Source: Massalongia carnosa
Taxonomy: Eukaryota
Reading direction: 5' to 3'
Assembly: GCA_965645245.1 (NCBI GenBank)
Contig: OZ287068.1
Location: 3,534,001 to 3,598,000, forward strand
DNA length: 64,000 nt
In this document: piece by piece, positions 45,327 to 58,689 of the stretch
Numbering within the stretch: the first letter of the stretch is position 1
Layout of the letters: every line of letters starts with the position of its first letter
Translations under genes and position numbers: made by a program
Notes under the pieces: model-generated
Seen by the model: only the letters and a program-made list of their open reading frames with translations
Told to the model about the DNA's origin: nothing
Database searches by the model: none

Positions 45327-47760
45327 GTTTCGTCTCGGTTCTCCGGAAACAGGTCCTCTGCTGTATGGAGTTTGCTACCAGGATCGGAAGTCGCTATGAA
45401 CTTAGCAGTTCGTTTCCCATCTTCAGCATGTATGGTGCATTCTACCTCGTTGTTACGGTAGTCCAAACCCACACGCATCTGGTGAAGATAAGGTTGTCCT
45501 AGCACTAGTTGATGGTCCGCAGCATCAATGACAAATATGTGGTTAAGCGACGCTACTCCGCCAATATCAACCTCCACGTTTTCACACACCCCGAGGAATT
45601 CCTTTCTATGTCCGGTATGGGAAATTAGATTGATATTTGGGTAAGGTCGCATGGCCAGACCCTCGCGCTTAGCGACATCATATGTCATCACGTTCACTTC
45701 AGCGCCGGAGTCTAGGAGAGACTTATACCTGTTGCCATCGCCGATCTGCACTTTGGCCTTTGGTGTTGACCTCGTGTAGGTCCTGCGAAGTCGCGGGTCC
45801 CGAATGCCAATTGAACCAATTTTTACCGTTGGACCCTCTGCCTTTTCCGGTTCGGCATTCCGTGTCATCTTATTGACCACCGGTTTAAACGTAGGCATCA
45901 TGGCCATCAGATTTCCATAGGTCAGTCCTCCAGCACCAGGCAAAGGTATTTGCAAACAACGACTCTGTATTAGGTCCATGTTGAACTCATGTTTCGCGAT
46001 CCGTAGAAATTCTTCGGTGCCCATCTGTTCTATCGCAGACCGAACCTCCTTTCGGATGGGGCCTGTCGGAACCCCGACCCCATGTTTCTTTCCTTTGCCG
46101 CCGCCGCTGCTACTGCGGAGGCGGCTAGCTGGGCCCGCCTCCGTCATGGTCACATCTTCTTCCAAAGGGTCGGCGAATGTAACACGAGGTTCAGTCGCAT
46201 GAGATTTATCAGTTACAATTGAGCTAGGTGGCCTTGATTGGTCAGAGTTGTCACTCCGACGTTCTACCGAGGCAGGAACCGGGTTCCAACTGCCATATCT
46301 GGGTGCTTTCGGTACTGCGAACTTGTCCTCGCGTTCAGCCCTGCGTTTCAGAATTCGCTTAGCTGGCTCCTTCCAGCTCTCCTCGACAGGCTTCTGTTGT
46401 TCCGTTCTAGCTGAATTGACAGAGGTGGTGTCGATGATGGTCACCTCAGGGTCCCATTCTTCATCAGATGAATATTCGTCCGCGCTATCCTCGCCAATTC
46501 GAACTGAGTGGACATCAGCACTTTGGTCCGCATGACTGAATTGATTGGCCAGCATTTTTGCGCGCCTAATGGACTCCTTCTGTGTCACCCCGGGCACATG
46601 CCGAATGGGATTGGAATATGTGCCCATCGGTCCTAGACATAACAACCCTCGCTCATTCAGATGAATAACACCATTCCGCTGGTCGGCATCAAACTCCGGG
46701 CAGTTCCTCCGCCTATCATGGGTCTCCTTCTCTCCACAGTATGTGCAGGAATCCTCCCCTCCATACTGACGGTCATTCGGTTTCTGGCCATCATAAGATG
46801 CCTGTCTACCAGGTGACTGTGAACGGTTCCGAGTCTGCTGACTGTTCTGATTGGCTGGACGGGCCTGAGTTCCCGCCATCAGGACCAGCGCATCAAACCT
46901 TTCGGTTAAACCGGCAATAGCCTTCTCCGTGGACTTCGACAAACTAACGGTCGAACTGTCTGCAACTGGTGGGGTAAGTGAATTCATGATATTTTCATGA
47001 CCATCCAGCACTATCTTCCTATCAAATTGATCGGCTAGGGCACTATATTTGTCAGTAACACTCTTCTCAGTCCGCAGCACCTCTTTATATTTGAGCCTCG
47101 CCTCCACTAGTCCCAATGTCTTCTTCACCAATCCATCAAAGTCCTTCATCACATTATCGTCAAAATCAACACTTCGGCGGAAGAACAACTCCTCGCGTAC
47201 GTCCTTGGGAAGGCCCCGTAGGAACCACTGATTGCGTGTATAAATATCTAGCTTTTCCTGACCAATTAGGACTTTGGATATGGCCCCGAACTTTCGGCAA
47301 AGTTTCGCACGTCATCTTCACTAGTACGTTCCTTGTCCTTGTATGACTCCAAAGACGCTCGAGAATTCACCTGCTGAATACTATCACCAGCCTTATACTC
47401 CTTCTTCATCACCTTGCTTAGCTGTGTCCATCTTCTCTCCACAAAGTCCGGAAGCGACTCAATGGTCTGGCCAATTAGCATGTCGCAATAACGGGGCAAC
47501 CTACGAATCTTCTCATTGTTTCCGACATGATAGTCCTCACACATATCCTCGTACCGACTCAGGAACTCCGACACATTTTTACCTTGAATGAATGGAGTGC
47601 CAGGAGTGCCTGGTTGAGGCATGGTCATCACAAATCCAAAGGGTCCAGCGGACATGGCTGGTCTATTTCCAAAAGACTCGGGGCTTGTCGACGATGGTGT
47701 GGTCATGGTGCTCTCTGCCTCGTGACTAGGTTGACCTTCATTTGTAGGTATGATAGTCGA
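45317..47760 (-). CDS. gag: Gypsy 1 Gag-protease ORF (start approximate; 1-nt deletion at ~47300)
   Basis: GTPFIQGKNVSEFLSRYEDMC, CTYCGEKETHDRRRNC knuckle, aspartic protease LLDSGAEVNVM..LVLGQPY. Confidence 0.85.
45320..45326 (-). promoter_or_regulatory. -1 ribosomal frameshift slippery site U_UUA_AAC
   Basis: ACT TTA AAC TAG ends gag-pro; the -1 frame runs open into pol; an imperfect stem-loop follows. Confidence 0.75.
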
Positions 47761-49065
47761 TGGACTATCTCGGCTCGCAGGTGGAGCAGGACTATCAGTT
47801 CGCGTACGTGCCTCGTTAGTGTTTCGGACGCTAATGACAAGTTGCTCAAGAAGAGGAATGAGGTTTGTAACGATTTTTGTCAGCTGTGAGGTAGTTGTTT
47901 CTTTGTCGTCAGAGGTTGGGATATGACTACTCGGCTGACAATAGTATGGATGACAATGCGAAACAGGATGATGAGTATACGTCTCTCCTGCAGACGAATG
48001 ACCAATAGGAGCTTTCTTAGTCGGCTCGAAACAATGATATGACAAACAAGGACAAGTATGTGTCTGGTACGGTGGAGGTAGGTCGAAATGTCTGTGGTGC
48101 AGAGGTGCTGGTGCCGCCTCCGTATGCAGACGTTGTCTGTTATAGCAATGCGCTCTGCTTTCTCTCTCGGTATTGTCAACTGGTGAATAGGAAGTTTGAT
48201 ATGAATTGTACGAATGGGTAGAATGGAATGGCTGCGATATTCTGCCATCGGAGGGAAATGAGGCTACTTTTATGTCTACTCCGTGTCGTTTTGTCTCTCG
48301 GTTCCCGACGCTGGCTAATCTCCTAGCAGGAATGCGATACCAGTTTCCTGAGACGCCCATTCAATATATTCCTTTGCCTTCTCAAATGCCTGACTCTTTA
48401 GTTTCATCGGATAAACATGGTACGTTCCAGTGGCATCATCTTTGAAAGATATGTAATATTGTAATCCGTTTCGAGAGGCCGGGTATGGACCGCTTTCAGA
48501 AATTTTGAAGCCCGAGGCATAGAGTTCGTGACGGCTTTCGTTGCTGTCGTCCTTTCATGCATGGCCCACAAATTTCCTCTGAGACTGGTCCTTTCACGTC
48601 AATTCCTTCATCCATTTTGTCATGAAATCGAACCAACCCGATCCAGAATCAATCCCGCAGATGAATCTGACTAAGCTCCCGTTCCTCTATTCAGCTTAGT
48701 CAGAATCTCATTAACTAAATCGAGTTTAGACCCCTCTCAACGGCTTCAGGTCAAAGCTGTACCATCACTATCAAAGCGTACCAACGACAGGAGAACCTCA
48801 TCTCCACCTTTTATCGTCAAGCACCTCGTCAAACCTTCGTGCCGTACGTCTCCTAATAGGGGGAGATGAATACTGATCGAATCTTCATGCAAAGGGGTTC
48901 GAGGCAAATATAAAAGGAGGGAAAAGTTCATTAGATAGTTGACTCCTTGTCCGACGTCTTGTATAGCAATCCATCACCTAGCTATAGCCTTATTAATAAA
49001 CACATCTTGATCACCCAATCCAATTCCTAGGAACATTAGTTCAATCCCCTGCCCAGTCCTTGACA

Positions 49066-49594
49066 CACAATAAACACCTATCAGTACGATAAACATAGCA
49101 CCTACGGCTTCCTTAGATAGACAGATCATCTACGGATACCGTAGATGCCGTATTAGGCTTAGTCCCAAGATAAGATAAGATCACCTCGCTTAGAAGGGGG
49201 TGACCAGTAATTAGGAAAGATTGCTGCCTAGCAACTTTTTGAATATCCAATTCCTACCAGCACAATGAACACCTATCAGTACGATGAAAATAGCACCTAT
49301 GGCTGCTCTAGATCGACAGATCATCTACGGAAACCGTAGAGGCCGCGTTAGGCTTAGTCCCAAGATAAGATAAGATCACCTCGCTTAGAAAGGGGTTATC
49401 AGTAATAGGAAAAGATTGCTGCCTAGCAACTCTTCATCCTTAACATCACGGTCATAAATACCTCTATTATTACATAGCCATATAGCCATAGTCATATACC
49501 TATTTCAACACAACTCTTCATCATTAACATCACGGTCCTACATACATTTATTATTACATAGCCATATAGCCATAGTCATATATCGATTTCAACA
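49066..49594 (+). mobile_element. Two nested solo LTRs of the Copia 3 family
   Basis: Reverse complement of 50000-50271; inner copy 49237-49510 flanked by TSD caact inside an outer, truncated copy. Confidence 0.85.
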
Positions 49595-50339
49595 ACTTCC
49601 GAAACAAGGACTTCATGACTAGAATATTCTGAAGGTATTTTTTGTCGAGTCATAACAGCATAAAATCCTGAATTTGTAGCGAAATAGTAATCATATTTTG
49701 TTAATCGAGACGCGTCTTCGCCTTAATCGCTATCATTAATATTGAGATTTTCGGAATTCGTCATTCGTTAAAACTCGACGATGCTTTCAAAAAAATAAAT
49801 ATGATTTTCTTCTCGCGAATTGCTTTTTGAATTTTCCATTGATTTTTTTTCAATTTATCGCCTTCGATCGAGAACGTTGAGTGTCAGGTCACGCACGTCC
49901 TGACATAAGCGTATCGGTATTTATAACAGATCTCGATCTCCGACTAGGATACGGCTCGTGTCCGTATTCTTCTTTTTATTGTACCAATCATAATCACTGT
50001 GTTGAAATAGGTATATGACTATGGCTATATGGCTATGTAATAATAAAGGTATGTATGACCGTGATGTTAAGGATGAAGAGTTGCTATGCAGCAATCTTTT
50101 CATATTACTGGTCACCCTTCTAAGCGAGGTGATCTTATCTTATCTTGGGACTAAGCCTAATGCGGCATCTACGGTTTCCGTAGATCATCTGTCAATCTAG
50201 GGCAGCCGTAGGTGCTATGTTCATTGAATTGATAGGTGTTCATTGTGCTGGTAGGAATTGGATATTCAACACCCCCCCTCAAGTCCGACCAGTACTTGTT
50301 TCCATCGTAGATTCAACCGTGATTGAACTTCTTAACCTC

Positions 50340-53300
50340 TCATGTCTGTTTGTCCATGTTGAGCTGTCTGATAAAGGAGAAGAACTTGACGTGCGTAAGG
50401 GGTTTTGTCAGTCCATCTGCAAACATGTCTTCGGTCGGAACATAGGTGAGGTCGAATCTTCCTTCTAGCACCTCGTTTCGTATGAAGTGGTGCTGAATGT
50501 CGATATGCTTGGTCCTGGAGTGTAATACGGGATTATTGGCCAGTGCTATGGCGCTTTGGTTGTCGCCTTTCAATGCAATTGTGCCTTCTCCTCTTAACAC
50601 GTTTATTGTCGGGGATCCGTCATCAGAAGTCTTCAATCCGAGTTCAGTCATCAGTAAACGTAGCCATGTAGCCTCCTTTGCTGCTAAGGTGAGTGCCATA
50701 TACTCTGCTTCGGTTGATGACAATGCGACGGTCGTTTGTCTTTTGGAATACCAGCTTATTGGTCCATTGTTCAGCATGAACACATAACCCGAGGTGGATT
50801 TTCGCTGTTCTTTGTCTCCGGCCCAGTCAGAGTCAGAATATCCTTGTATACATAAATCTCCCCCACCGAAGGTGATGCCTCTATTCTTGGTACCGCTAAG
50901 GTATCTGAGAATGTGTTTGGCCGCTTCCATATGTGTTTTGCCTGGATTCTTTGCATGGTGACTGACTACGGACGTTGCGAAAGCTATGTCTGGCCTGGTT
51001 TCTATCATTGCGAACATGATGGATCCAACCATGGTTTGATATTGCTTTATGTCCTTGTCGGAGGCCTGAGATTCATTGATGAAGAGACAGCCTTCTCGCA
51101 TGGGAGTGTTTGTTGTCTTTGCGGTTTGCATATGGAATCTTTCCAATACCTTCTCGATATAGGCTGGTTGAGATAGCTTTATGGTTTTGTTGACTCGATC
51201 TCGTTCGACTTTGAGGCCTAAATAGTAGCTGATTGGTCCCATGTCTACCATCTTGAAAGCTAGCTTGAGCTGTTTCTTGACTTCGGTGATCATCGGGGAA
51301 CCCTTTGGGCCTATGATGTTCAAATTGTCAACGAAAGAGGTAACAATGGGTCCTTTTATCCCTTGAGATGTGACGAAGATGCTATGATCTGCGTGGAGTT
51401 TCTCCAGTCCTAATTTGCTAAATAGAAAAGCTGATAGTCGTTCATACCAGAGATGCGGAGACTGTTTCAAACCGTACAGGGCTTTATTCAGCCTGCACAC
51501 CATGCCAGCTGTGTCATATCCTTTCGGCATGTGGACATAGATGAGTTGATCGATGAGACCGTTCAGAAAAGCTGTCACTATATCCAGTTGCTCGATGTCC
51601 AGATCATGATGGGCAGCTAGCGCGAATAGCAAGCGAAAAGCCATTGGTTTGACCACAGATGCAAAGGTTTGATCGAAATCTACTCCGTATTGTTGTAGAT
51701 ATCCTTTGACAACCCATCTGGCTTTAAAGCGAACGATCTTTCCATTTACGTCCCGTTTCAGCTTGAATACCCATTTGCCACTCAAGACTATATGTCCGGG
51801 TTCCATGGACTCGGTGGATAATGTATCCCAGGTGTTGTTCTCCAGCAGACTTTTAATCTCCTCATCCATTGCCAGACTCCATGCGTTTGCGTATTTGGAG
51901 TTCATTGCTTGATGATATGTTTGTGGCTCAGCTGTGTCTGACTGAATGAACGCATCGTAGTCGTTCAGGTATGCTGCTCCCTCTATTTCCAGTTCTTTGG
52001 CCAGAAGTATGAGTGGGTCTTCTTCGTCTCTATCTGCCAGTGTGGGGATGTGTTCTGGTTCACTTAATGCCTCATTTGACAGGAGACTCAGCACTTGTGC
52101 GACATGGGCGTGTTTTCTGGGTCTACCTCGTCCACGTTTGGGGATTTCACTTATCTTGGAATTCAACTCTGGTTGGTCTTTTGAAGGAGTGGGACTGATT
52201 TCGAGTGTGATATCTTTCTCGTTTTGAATCATTATGGAATCGTACGTGGGTAGATCGGTCCCATCTTTTAATGTGGCGTCTTCATGAATCCGTAACCCTT
52301 GACCCTGATGACCTTGTAGTCTTTTTCCATAAAGACGCGATAGATGGTGCTTCCGTCATATCCACACAGGATTCCTTTCTGAGCCCTCGGAGAATATTTA
52401 GCAGCCTTGCTGTTTAGTCCTTTTCGCTCTTCTTCGTGAATCAACGCATAGACTGTGGATCCGAGAATTCTCAGGTGATCCAGCTTAGGTGACTTCTTCT
52501 CGAAGATCTCATACGGGGTATTACCTGCCAAGGCGTTGGTTGGTCTGACGTTCTTGGTGTGAACCATGGCTAGAACTACTTCTGCCCACAAGTAATCGGG
52601 AATGTCTCCGGCAATGACACTGCATCTTGTCATGTCCATGATGGTTCTGCCCATTCGTTCCGCGACTCCGTTTTCTTCTTGAGAGTATGGAGCAGCTGGT
52701 TCAAACGTTATGCCTTGTTCCAGGAACCAAACGTCTGACTTGTTACTGCGAAGCTCCGTACCGAAGTCAGTGCGAAAACTACTTATGGGTTTAGCCTTTC
52801 CAGATTTGTTTTGGGCCATGCTGTAGTACGTCAACAAGTGATCAAACCATTCACTCTTCTTGTGTCCGGTATAGACATGAGTGTATCTGCTAGCATCACA
52901 GGTGAAAGTGAAGAAGTAAAGTTCTTCAAGAAGTCCTGCTGGCTTGATTGGTCCCACTAGGTCAGAGTTTATCTTTTGAAAGAGCTCTGTGGCCCTCTCT
53001 TGCCGTGTTCGGTTGTATATATTTTTGGCTTTTCCCATTTCGCATGCATGGCAAAACCAACCTTGGTTGATATCGTCATCGTACGTTATGTCTAGCGTTT
53101 TCAAATATTTTCGACACGTCGGAATTTTGAGATGACCAAGCCTTGCATGCCATGTAGTGAGTTTTGATTGGACAGATATTTGACAGATAGTGACGTCCAG
53201 TCCTTGATAGGTGTCCTCGTCCACTTTGCTCAAATGCATCCTCATATCTGGGGTGTCAACGGTCTGTAGCATGAAGTTGTTGTCAACTCTCGGTACGTGC

Positions 53301-53659
53301 CCTATGACTTTTGCAGTGGATCCCATGAACAGTCTCCAGTTTGAATTGTCATAGAAGATATCGTGTTGATTCAGCATTCCCAAACTCACAAGGTTCACCG
53401 GACATTGAGGAATGTAGAGAATACTGTTAAGAATCAGTATCGACGAGGGTAAGCCGTCCTCCATGATCAATGTCTTATGAATGGTTCCTCTTCCTGGCGA
53501 CGTTCCTGTGGACGTTGACCCTGCTAGATCAGTGGAGTAGCTCGTATAGTCAGTGAACGAGTATCTGTGGTTGCATACGTTATCTGCAGCGCTGTCCAAT
53601 AACCACGAGTTCTTGTTCAGATTCGTCATGGTCATGACTTTTTGCAGTCTTGTGGCCAT
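50340..53659 (-). CDS. pol: Copia 3 pol (protease-integrase-RT-RNase H), frameshift at ~52295 and FVDN in place of the RT YVDD motif
   Basis: WLLDSAA, WHARLGH, NSDLVGP, NGVAERMGRT, FKARWVVKG, ADGLTKPL. Confidence 0.9.
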
Positions 53660-53671
53660 GACCTGTGTGAG

Positions 53672-54589
53672 TCAACTACTCACCGTTGGAATGTTGGGTG
53701 ATGTATGAGGTAAGTCCGCCTTCGTTTCTGACGAGTTAGTCTTTTGTTTCTTTGCTCTTCCGGATTCGAGCGAACTTCTATGTCTTTTTAGCTGTGGAAA
53801 CTTCTGCCAACAGTTATCTGGCCAATGACGAGTGTTCTTTCTCTCGACACATTCATAGAAGGTGCAGGTCCCAAATGGGGCTCGAGCTCTCGAGTCAGGT
53901 GTTCTGATATGAAGTGCCTTGGTGTTTTTCATGTTGACAGAATAAGCAACAATGGTCTTCATTGCTTCCGACAGGTTTGTGGTTTCGTGTGTCCAATCTC
54001 GTCGAAGTTGGGCTATCAATGGGGAATAGACGTCTGTGGTGTTACCCAGCATCATTCCCTGAAGCATGAACTCCACGGTATGCACATCCACTTTGGCCTT
54101 GTCGTCCAGCATTCCTTTAATTTTGTTTAAAGCGCTCTCGTACTCTGCACAGTATAGGCTGGTGGTCTCGAAGTCAGTCATCTTCTTAGAACTAACCTTC
54201 AGAATGATGTCGCTGATGCTCATTGGTGCTATATCTTGGAATCTATCCTTCAGGATTTTCCACATTTCTGCCGCATTCTTGTTGTCGATGAGGCTGTAAT
54301 GGCACTCCGCAACTAATCCGTGAATGATTCCTATAGCCTTGGTCATCTCGGCCTTCTGTCTATTCTTCTCGTCACGCAGCTCTTTTACCAAGATGCTGAC
54401 AGAAAGACCTTTGGCGTCGAAGCCTGCTTGTATTAAACCTTCCTTGATGGTTTCAGCGGTGATTTCTGATTGATTCTCTAGAATGGCTCCTTCGCAGTTA
54501 TTCTTGAGCAGAATGCCCTTCGTATAGCTTGCCCATGCCGAATATCTTTCGGCCTTCTCCAAAAGATGTGACGTATCTATGATAGACAT
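53672..54589 (-). CDS. gag: Copia 3 gag
   Basis: NAAEMWKILKDRF; C-x4-C-x7-H-x4-C knuckle; position upstream of protease. Confidence 0.85.
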   Translation of the reverse strand: MSIIDTSHLLEKAERYSAWASYTKGILLKNNCEGAILENQSEITAETIKEGLIQAGFDAKGLSVSILVKELRDEKNRQKAEMTKAIGIIHGLVAECHYSLIDNKNAAEMWKILKDRFQDIAPMSISDIILKVSSKKMTDFETTSLYCAEYESALNKIKGMLDDKAKVDVHTVEFMLQGMMLGNTTDVYSPLIAQLRRDWTHETTNLSEAMKTIVAYSVNMKNTKALHIRTPDSRARAPFGTCTFYECVERKNTRHWPDNCWQKFPQLKRHRSSLESGRAKKQKTNSSETKADLPHTSPNIPTVSS

Positions 54590-55085
54590 AATGGGAGAAT
54601 GGGGAGCAATTGAACAAGGCGAGAAACTTGTATAAGTAGTGACTGAAAGAATGTGGATCTGTGACCTTTCTTATAGACAAGGAAAAGACTGTCCCTCCTT
54701 AGCCAGTGTCCACTCTGATGTCTCAACAGAGAAACCTGTTTGCTTAACATGCTTGTTTGCCATGATGAGAATTTCAACTTATGCTTTTTCAAGGGTCCAA
54801 TTGACCAAAATGAAATTGAGCGCAGGGTTCTTCCAATTTGATTTAACCGGCCTTGGGCCGATTAAATAATAAGAGGCAACTGCCGCACAATCTCACCTAG
54901 TGCCTTAATGAGGCATAATTGCCAAAAAGAAAGGTCTTTGTGCCTTCGATCAATGAGTTTACTAAGCTCTTTGATGTCCGATGGATTTTGTATTTTTGCG
55001 TGTCCAGAATTCAATCGCGGTTGAAACTGACGCTTTGATGATATTTGTACCAATGGGGCGCTCAGGCCCAGCAATATACTTTTTT

Positions 55086-55531
55086 GCCATCGACCATCGA
55101 GCTTAGCAAGCTCTTTGGTGTCCGAGGACTTGATTGCCTTCGACCATCGAGCTTAGCAAGCTCTTTGGTGTCCGAGGACTTGTTTGCCTTCGACCATCGA
55201 GCTTAGCAAGCTCTTTGGTGTCCGAGGACTTTGTTGCCTTCGACCATCGAGCTTAGCAAGCTCTTTGGTGTCCGACGACTTGGGTGCCTTCGACCATCGA
55301 GCTTAGCAAGCTCTTTGGTGTCCGAGGACTTGGGTGCCTTCGACCACCGAGCTTAGCAAGCTCTTTGGTGTCCGAGGACTTGGTTGCCTTCGACCATCGA
55401 GCTTAGCAAGCTCTTTGGTGTCCGAGGACTTGGTTGCCTTCGACCATCGAGCTTAGCAAGCTCTTTGGTGTCCGAGGACTTGGGTGCCTTCGACCATCGA
55501 GCTTAGCAAGCTCTTTGGTGTCCGAGGGCTT
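55086..55531. repeat. Tandem array of ~9 x 50-bp units in the Copia 3 leader
   Basis: cgacc starts at 55091, 55141 ... 55491 (period 50). Confidence 0.95.
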
Positions 55532-56906
55532 CGGTGTAGTACGATCAATGTGTTCATGCTCTTTCTAACACGCAATTTTTGTGCTTCTAACAAGAAATCG
55601 CTGTGTACAGAAGAGAGAACTGATTGATGTGATTTGAGGGATCGTTTCTAAAGACACAGAAAGATTTTAGTCATGTGTCTACGATTCATTGAATAGGAAC
55701 GATGCTTAGCTGATTGTACTGCGATGCTTCGGATTAAAAGCTTCGATTCGTTTTAAATCGATAGCACCCTTCCGGGCTCATAACCTGTTGAAATAGGTAT
55801 ATGACTATGGCTATATGGCTATGTAATAATAAAGGTATGTATGACCGTGATGTTAAGGATAAAGAGTTGCTATGCAGCAATCTTTTCCTATTACTGGTCA
55901 CCCTTCTAAGCGAGGTGATCTTATCTTATCTTGGGACTAAGCCTAATGCGGCATCTACGGTTTCCGTAGATCATCTGTCAATCTAGGGCAGCCGTAGGTG
56001 CTATGTTCATTGAATTGATAGGTGTTCATTGTGCTGGTAGGAATTGGATATTCAACACACTGTAATTAAATCAACTGAATCGTGACCCGAAGAAGTGGGG
56101 CTATAGGATAAATACCTGATCGCTCACTTCTTTCGATGGGTCACTGATCAATTTATTGATTTACCACTCTCTATTCGTACATTCATCACGAATCTATATA
56201 GTAGTCACGCTGTTAGACTTGACCCTTTAAATTGTGATCAGTCTTATATCCTAGTAACTGTCCGACGATACTCTTACACCCCGACGTGCGACTTCAGCTA
56301 TGGTCAGAGGTAATTCCTCTGGAAACAACGAGTCGGACACAGTGGAAAACACGCCCGACTCCGGGACGACAAACCCGCCTCTGTCCTCCATGGACGATAT
56401 GCAATGTGAATTGGACGAGATAAACCCCCAAAGATAACGCGCCCAGCTGGCTACTAGTCTAGAAAAAGCCAGAGCAGACAGAGACGCCGGATTCCCCGCC
56501 GAACCCCTCCCGACGACGTTGACTATTCGTCCGAAGGAAATCGACCCATTGAGTCTTGAAAAATCGTTCAAGACTGCTGACTCAAAGACCTATACAGGAA
56601 CTAATCAAAAGGACCACTAACAATTCGTCAGAGGAAAGTCTTCGTACCTTCAATCAAAAACTAATCACCTATGAAAAGAACACAACAAAGGTCTTGTATG
56701 AGGGGAATTATATCGGAGGAACTCCAGCAGATGACTGGCACAGAGAGAAGCCCACACTCGATGAATCTTCTCTTACCTGGAAATATTTTGTTGACTTTCT
56801 CCAGGAAAAGCTAAAACCAAAACATCTTCGTCTATTGGATCTCGGAGGACAATTGAAGAAATTAAGACAACGACCGGGACAAACAGTGTCGCAGTTAGTT
56901 TCTTAT

Positions 56907-57925
56907 TGTAATATAGATAGCGCTAGAAGGATACGTGATCCCCTACGGCGGTTGCGGGATTAACTAGCATGAGCCAGGCCATAGTACTTAGTCGCACAGC
57001 CGTCGAGGTTGACACGACGCCACCTTGCCATACAACTCCGAATCCTACGTTCTAGACTGCTTACAGATCAAACACCTGTCGAGGCCGTGGTGGTAGATTT
57101 CCATGGAATAAGGCGTACTCCTGTGGAGAAGCCGTGAACTCTATATGGGATCTATTGGCCTACTCGGAGCTACTCGATCTCTTGATAGATCAAGAGTTGT
57201 AGCAGGAGGCACGGCTAGCTGGACGCAGCTTGAGCTCGGCCTCCCCGGTGTAAACTTCAGCTTCCACCTTTATTGCTACGTTAGTAGTGATGTCGACTGA
57301 GTGAACCTACATGACCTTGTGGTCTAGACCTTGTGTCTAGAGGCAGGTCCGCAGTGTAGATAGAGATTCAGTTGGAGGTAACCTTCCATCGCTACGTTGG
57401 TAGTGGTGACGGCGAAATGAAGCTACATAGCCTCGGCGTCTAGACTTTATGTTTAGAGGCGGGCTAGCAATGTAGTGAGGGATCAAGCCGGAGGTAGAAG
57501 TGTTCTACCTTGCAAGGGAAGGTCTAAAAGGCTGCTCGAGTCTGACTAGATGATCCAGCGAACGCCGAGTTCGTAGATGGATCCTGAGGGATGGTTAGAT
57601 GTAAGGCGATAAGGTCAGAAGTAGGTTGCAAGGCTCCTAAGGTTCCAAGGCTCCCAAGGCTATAGGCTTGGAGTGAGTAGGATAAATACCAGAACGAATC
57701 CTGTAGTATTCGTTAGCAATTAGTCTTTATTCTATGAGCAACCTACGTTTGGGTCTCGGACGAGATCTCTTGGTCCAAGCACTTCCACATCCATTAGTTT
57801 TTTGGATCACATATACTCTCGGAGACTAGCACGTAGTAGCTATCTTCCACCTCTCACGCTGAGCATTTCCCATTTCGAGATCAGTATAGCTCGTGATTAG
57901 CTTACTGGTCTCGTAGCCCATTACA
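56907..57925. mobile_element. Solo LTR (1019 bp) in Gypsy 3 gag
   Basis: TGTAAT...ATTACA, TSD cttat. Confidence 0.92.
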
Positions 57926-58689
57926 CTTATCTCGACACACTGGAAGATCAACTTCCAGAAATACCTTCCGAATTATAAAGACATAGTAATCTTCTACATT
58001 CTCTTCATGATTATCTATAGAGAGCTATTATTCGAGCTAATTCTCAGGGCACAACACGAATTGCATTAATTGAAGCGGCCCGAGTAGCAGAAAGAGTGGA
58101 ACCTAAACCTGATTTCGTTCGGAACGCCACTCGTCCCCATCATCGATCTACAAACGAAGAATGGCCGCAGAGGGCCCCGAGTCACAACGAACCGTGACCT
58201 ACAACAAGGCCTCGAGTTCAAAGATGAGTGAAACTTCTGAGGCTAGTCCCGCTCAAGCAGCCGTTATCTCCCCGAGTCGTAATCGACCCCGAGAAGACAC
58301 CACCGACTCTCCAAAAATCACTTGTTGGAATTTTGGTAAGAAGGGTCATAAAAAATCTGACTGTCGAGCCCTAACAAGGAAGACGGGAAAAGCCTAGAGT
58401 CAATCAATATTTCCTCGATTGTTTTGGCTCGTCAAAAGAGAGGTGAAAAAATAAATCACTTGTTTACTATGATAACTTTATATCTAGGACAAGTCATACT
58501 ACGTATTCGGGCCATGATTGACTGCGTTTTGACATGGAATTTCGTGTCACAACTCAAGGTCAAAGAACTCGGCATACGATTCACCCCCGACTCGCCACCG
58601 CCGTCCGATTTAAAGACTCTGGATAGAACACCTCTGCGTACCTATCGAAATCACTCCCTACTAGTTGGGGATGTTGATAGTATAGTAGG

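Larger units (their letters stand above)
50000..56057 (-). mobile_element. Ty1/Copia element 3, full length
   Basis: 272-bp LTRs 50000-50271 and 55786-56057 (2 differences seen), TSD cactg, PBS rc 55774-55785, PPT rc 50272-50280. Confidence 0.95.

Noticed and set aside
48450..49065. 5' LTR of Gypsy 1
   Set aside because: Ends in TGACA and has TATA/AATAAA-like signals on plus, but does not match 39953-40852 and gives no TSD; left unassigned.
55086..55531. CRISPR-like array
   Set aside because: Units are contiguous with no unique spacers, lie inside a eukaryotic Copia leader, and there are no cas genes.
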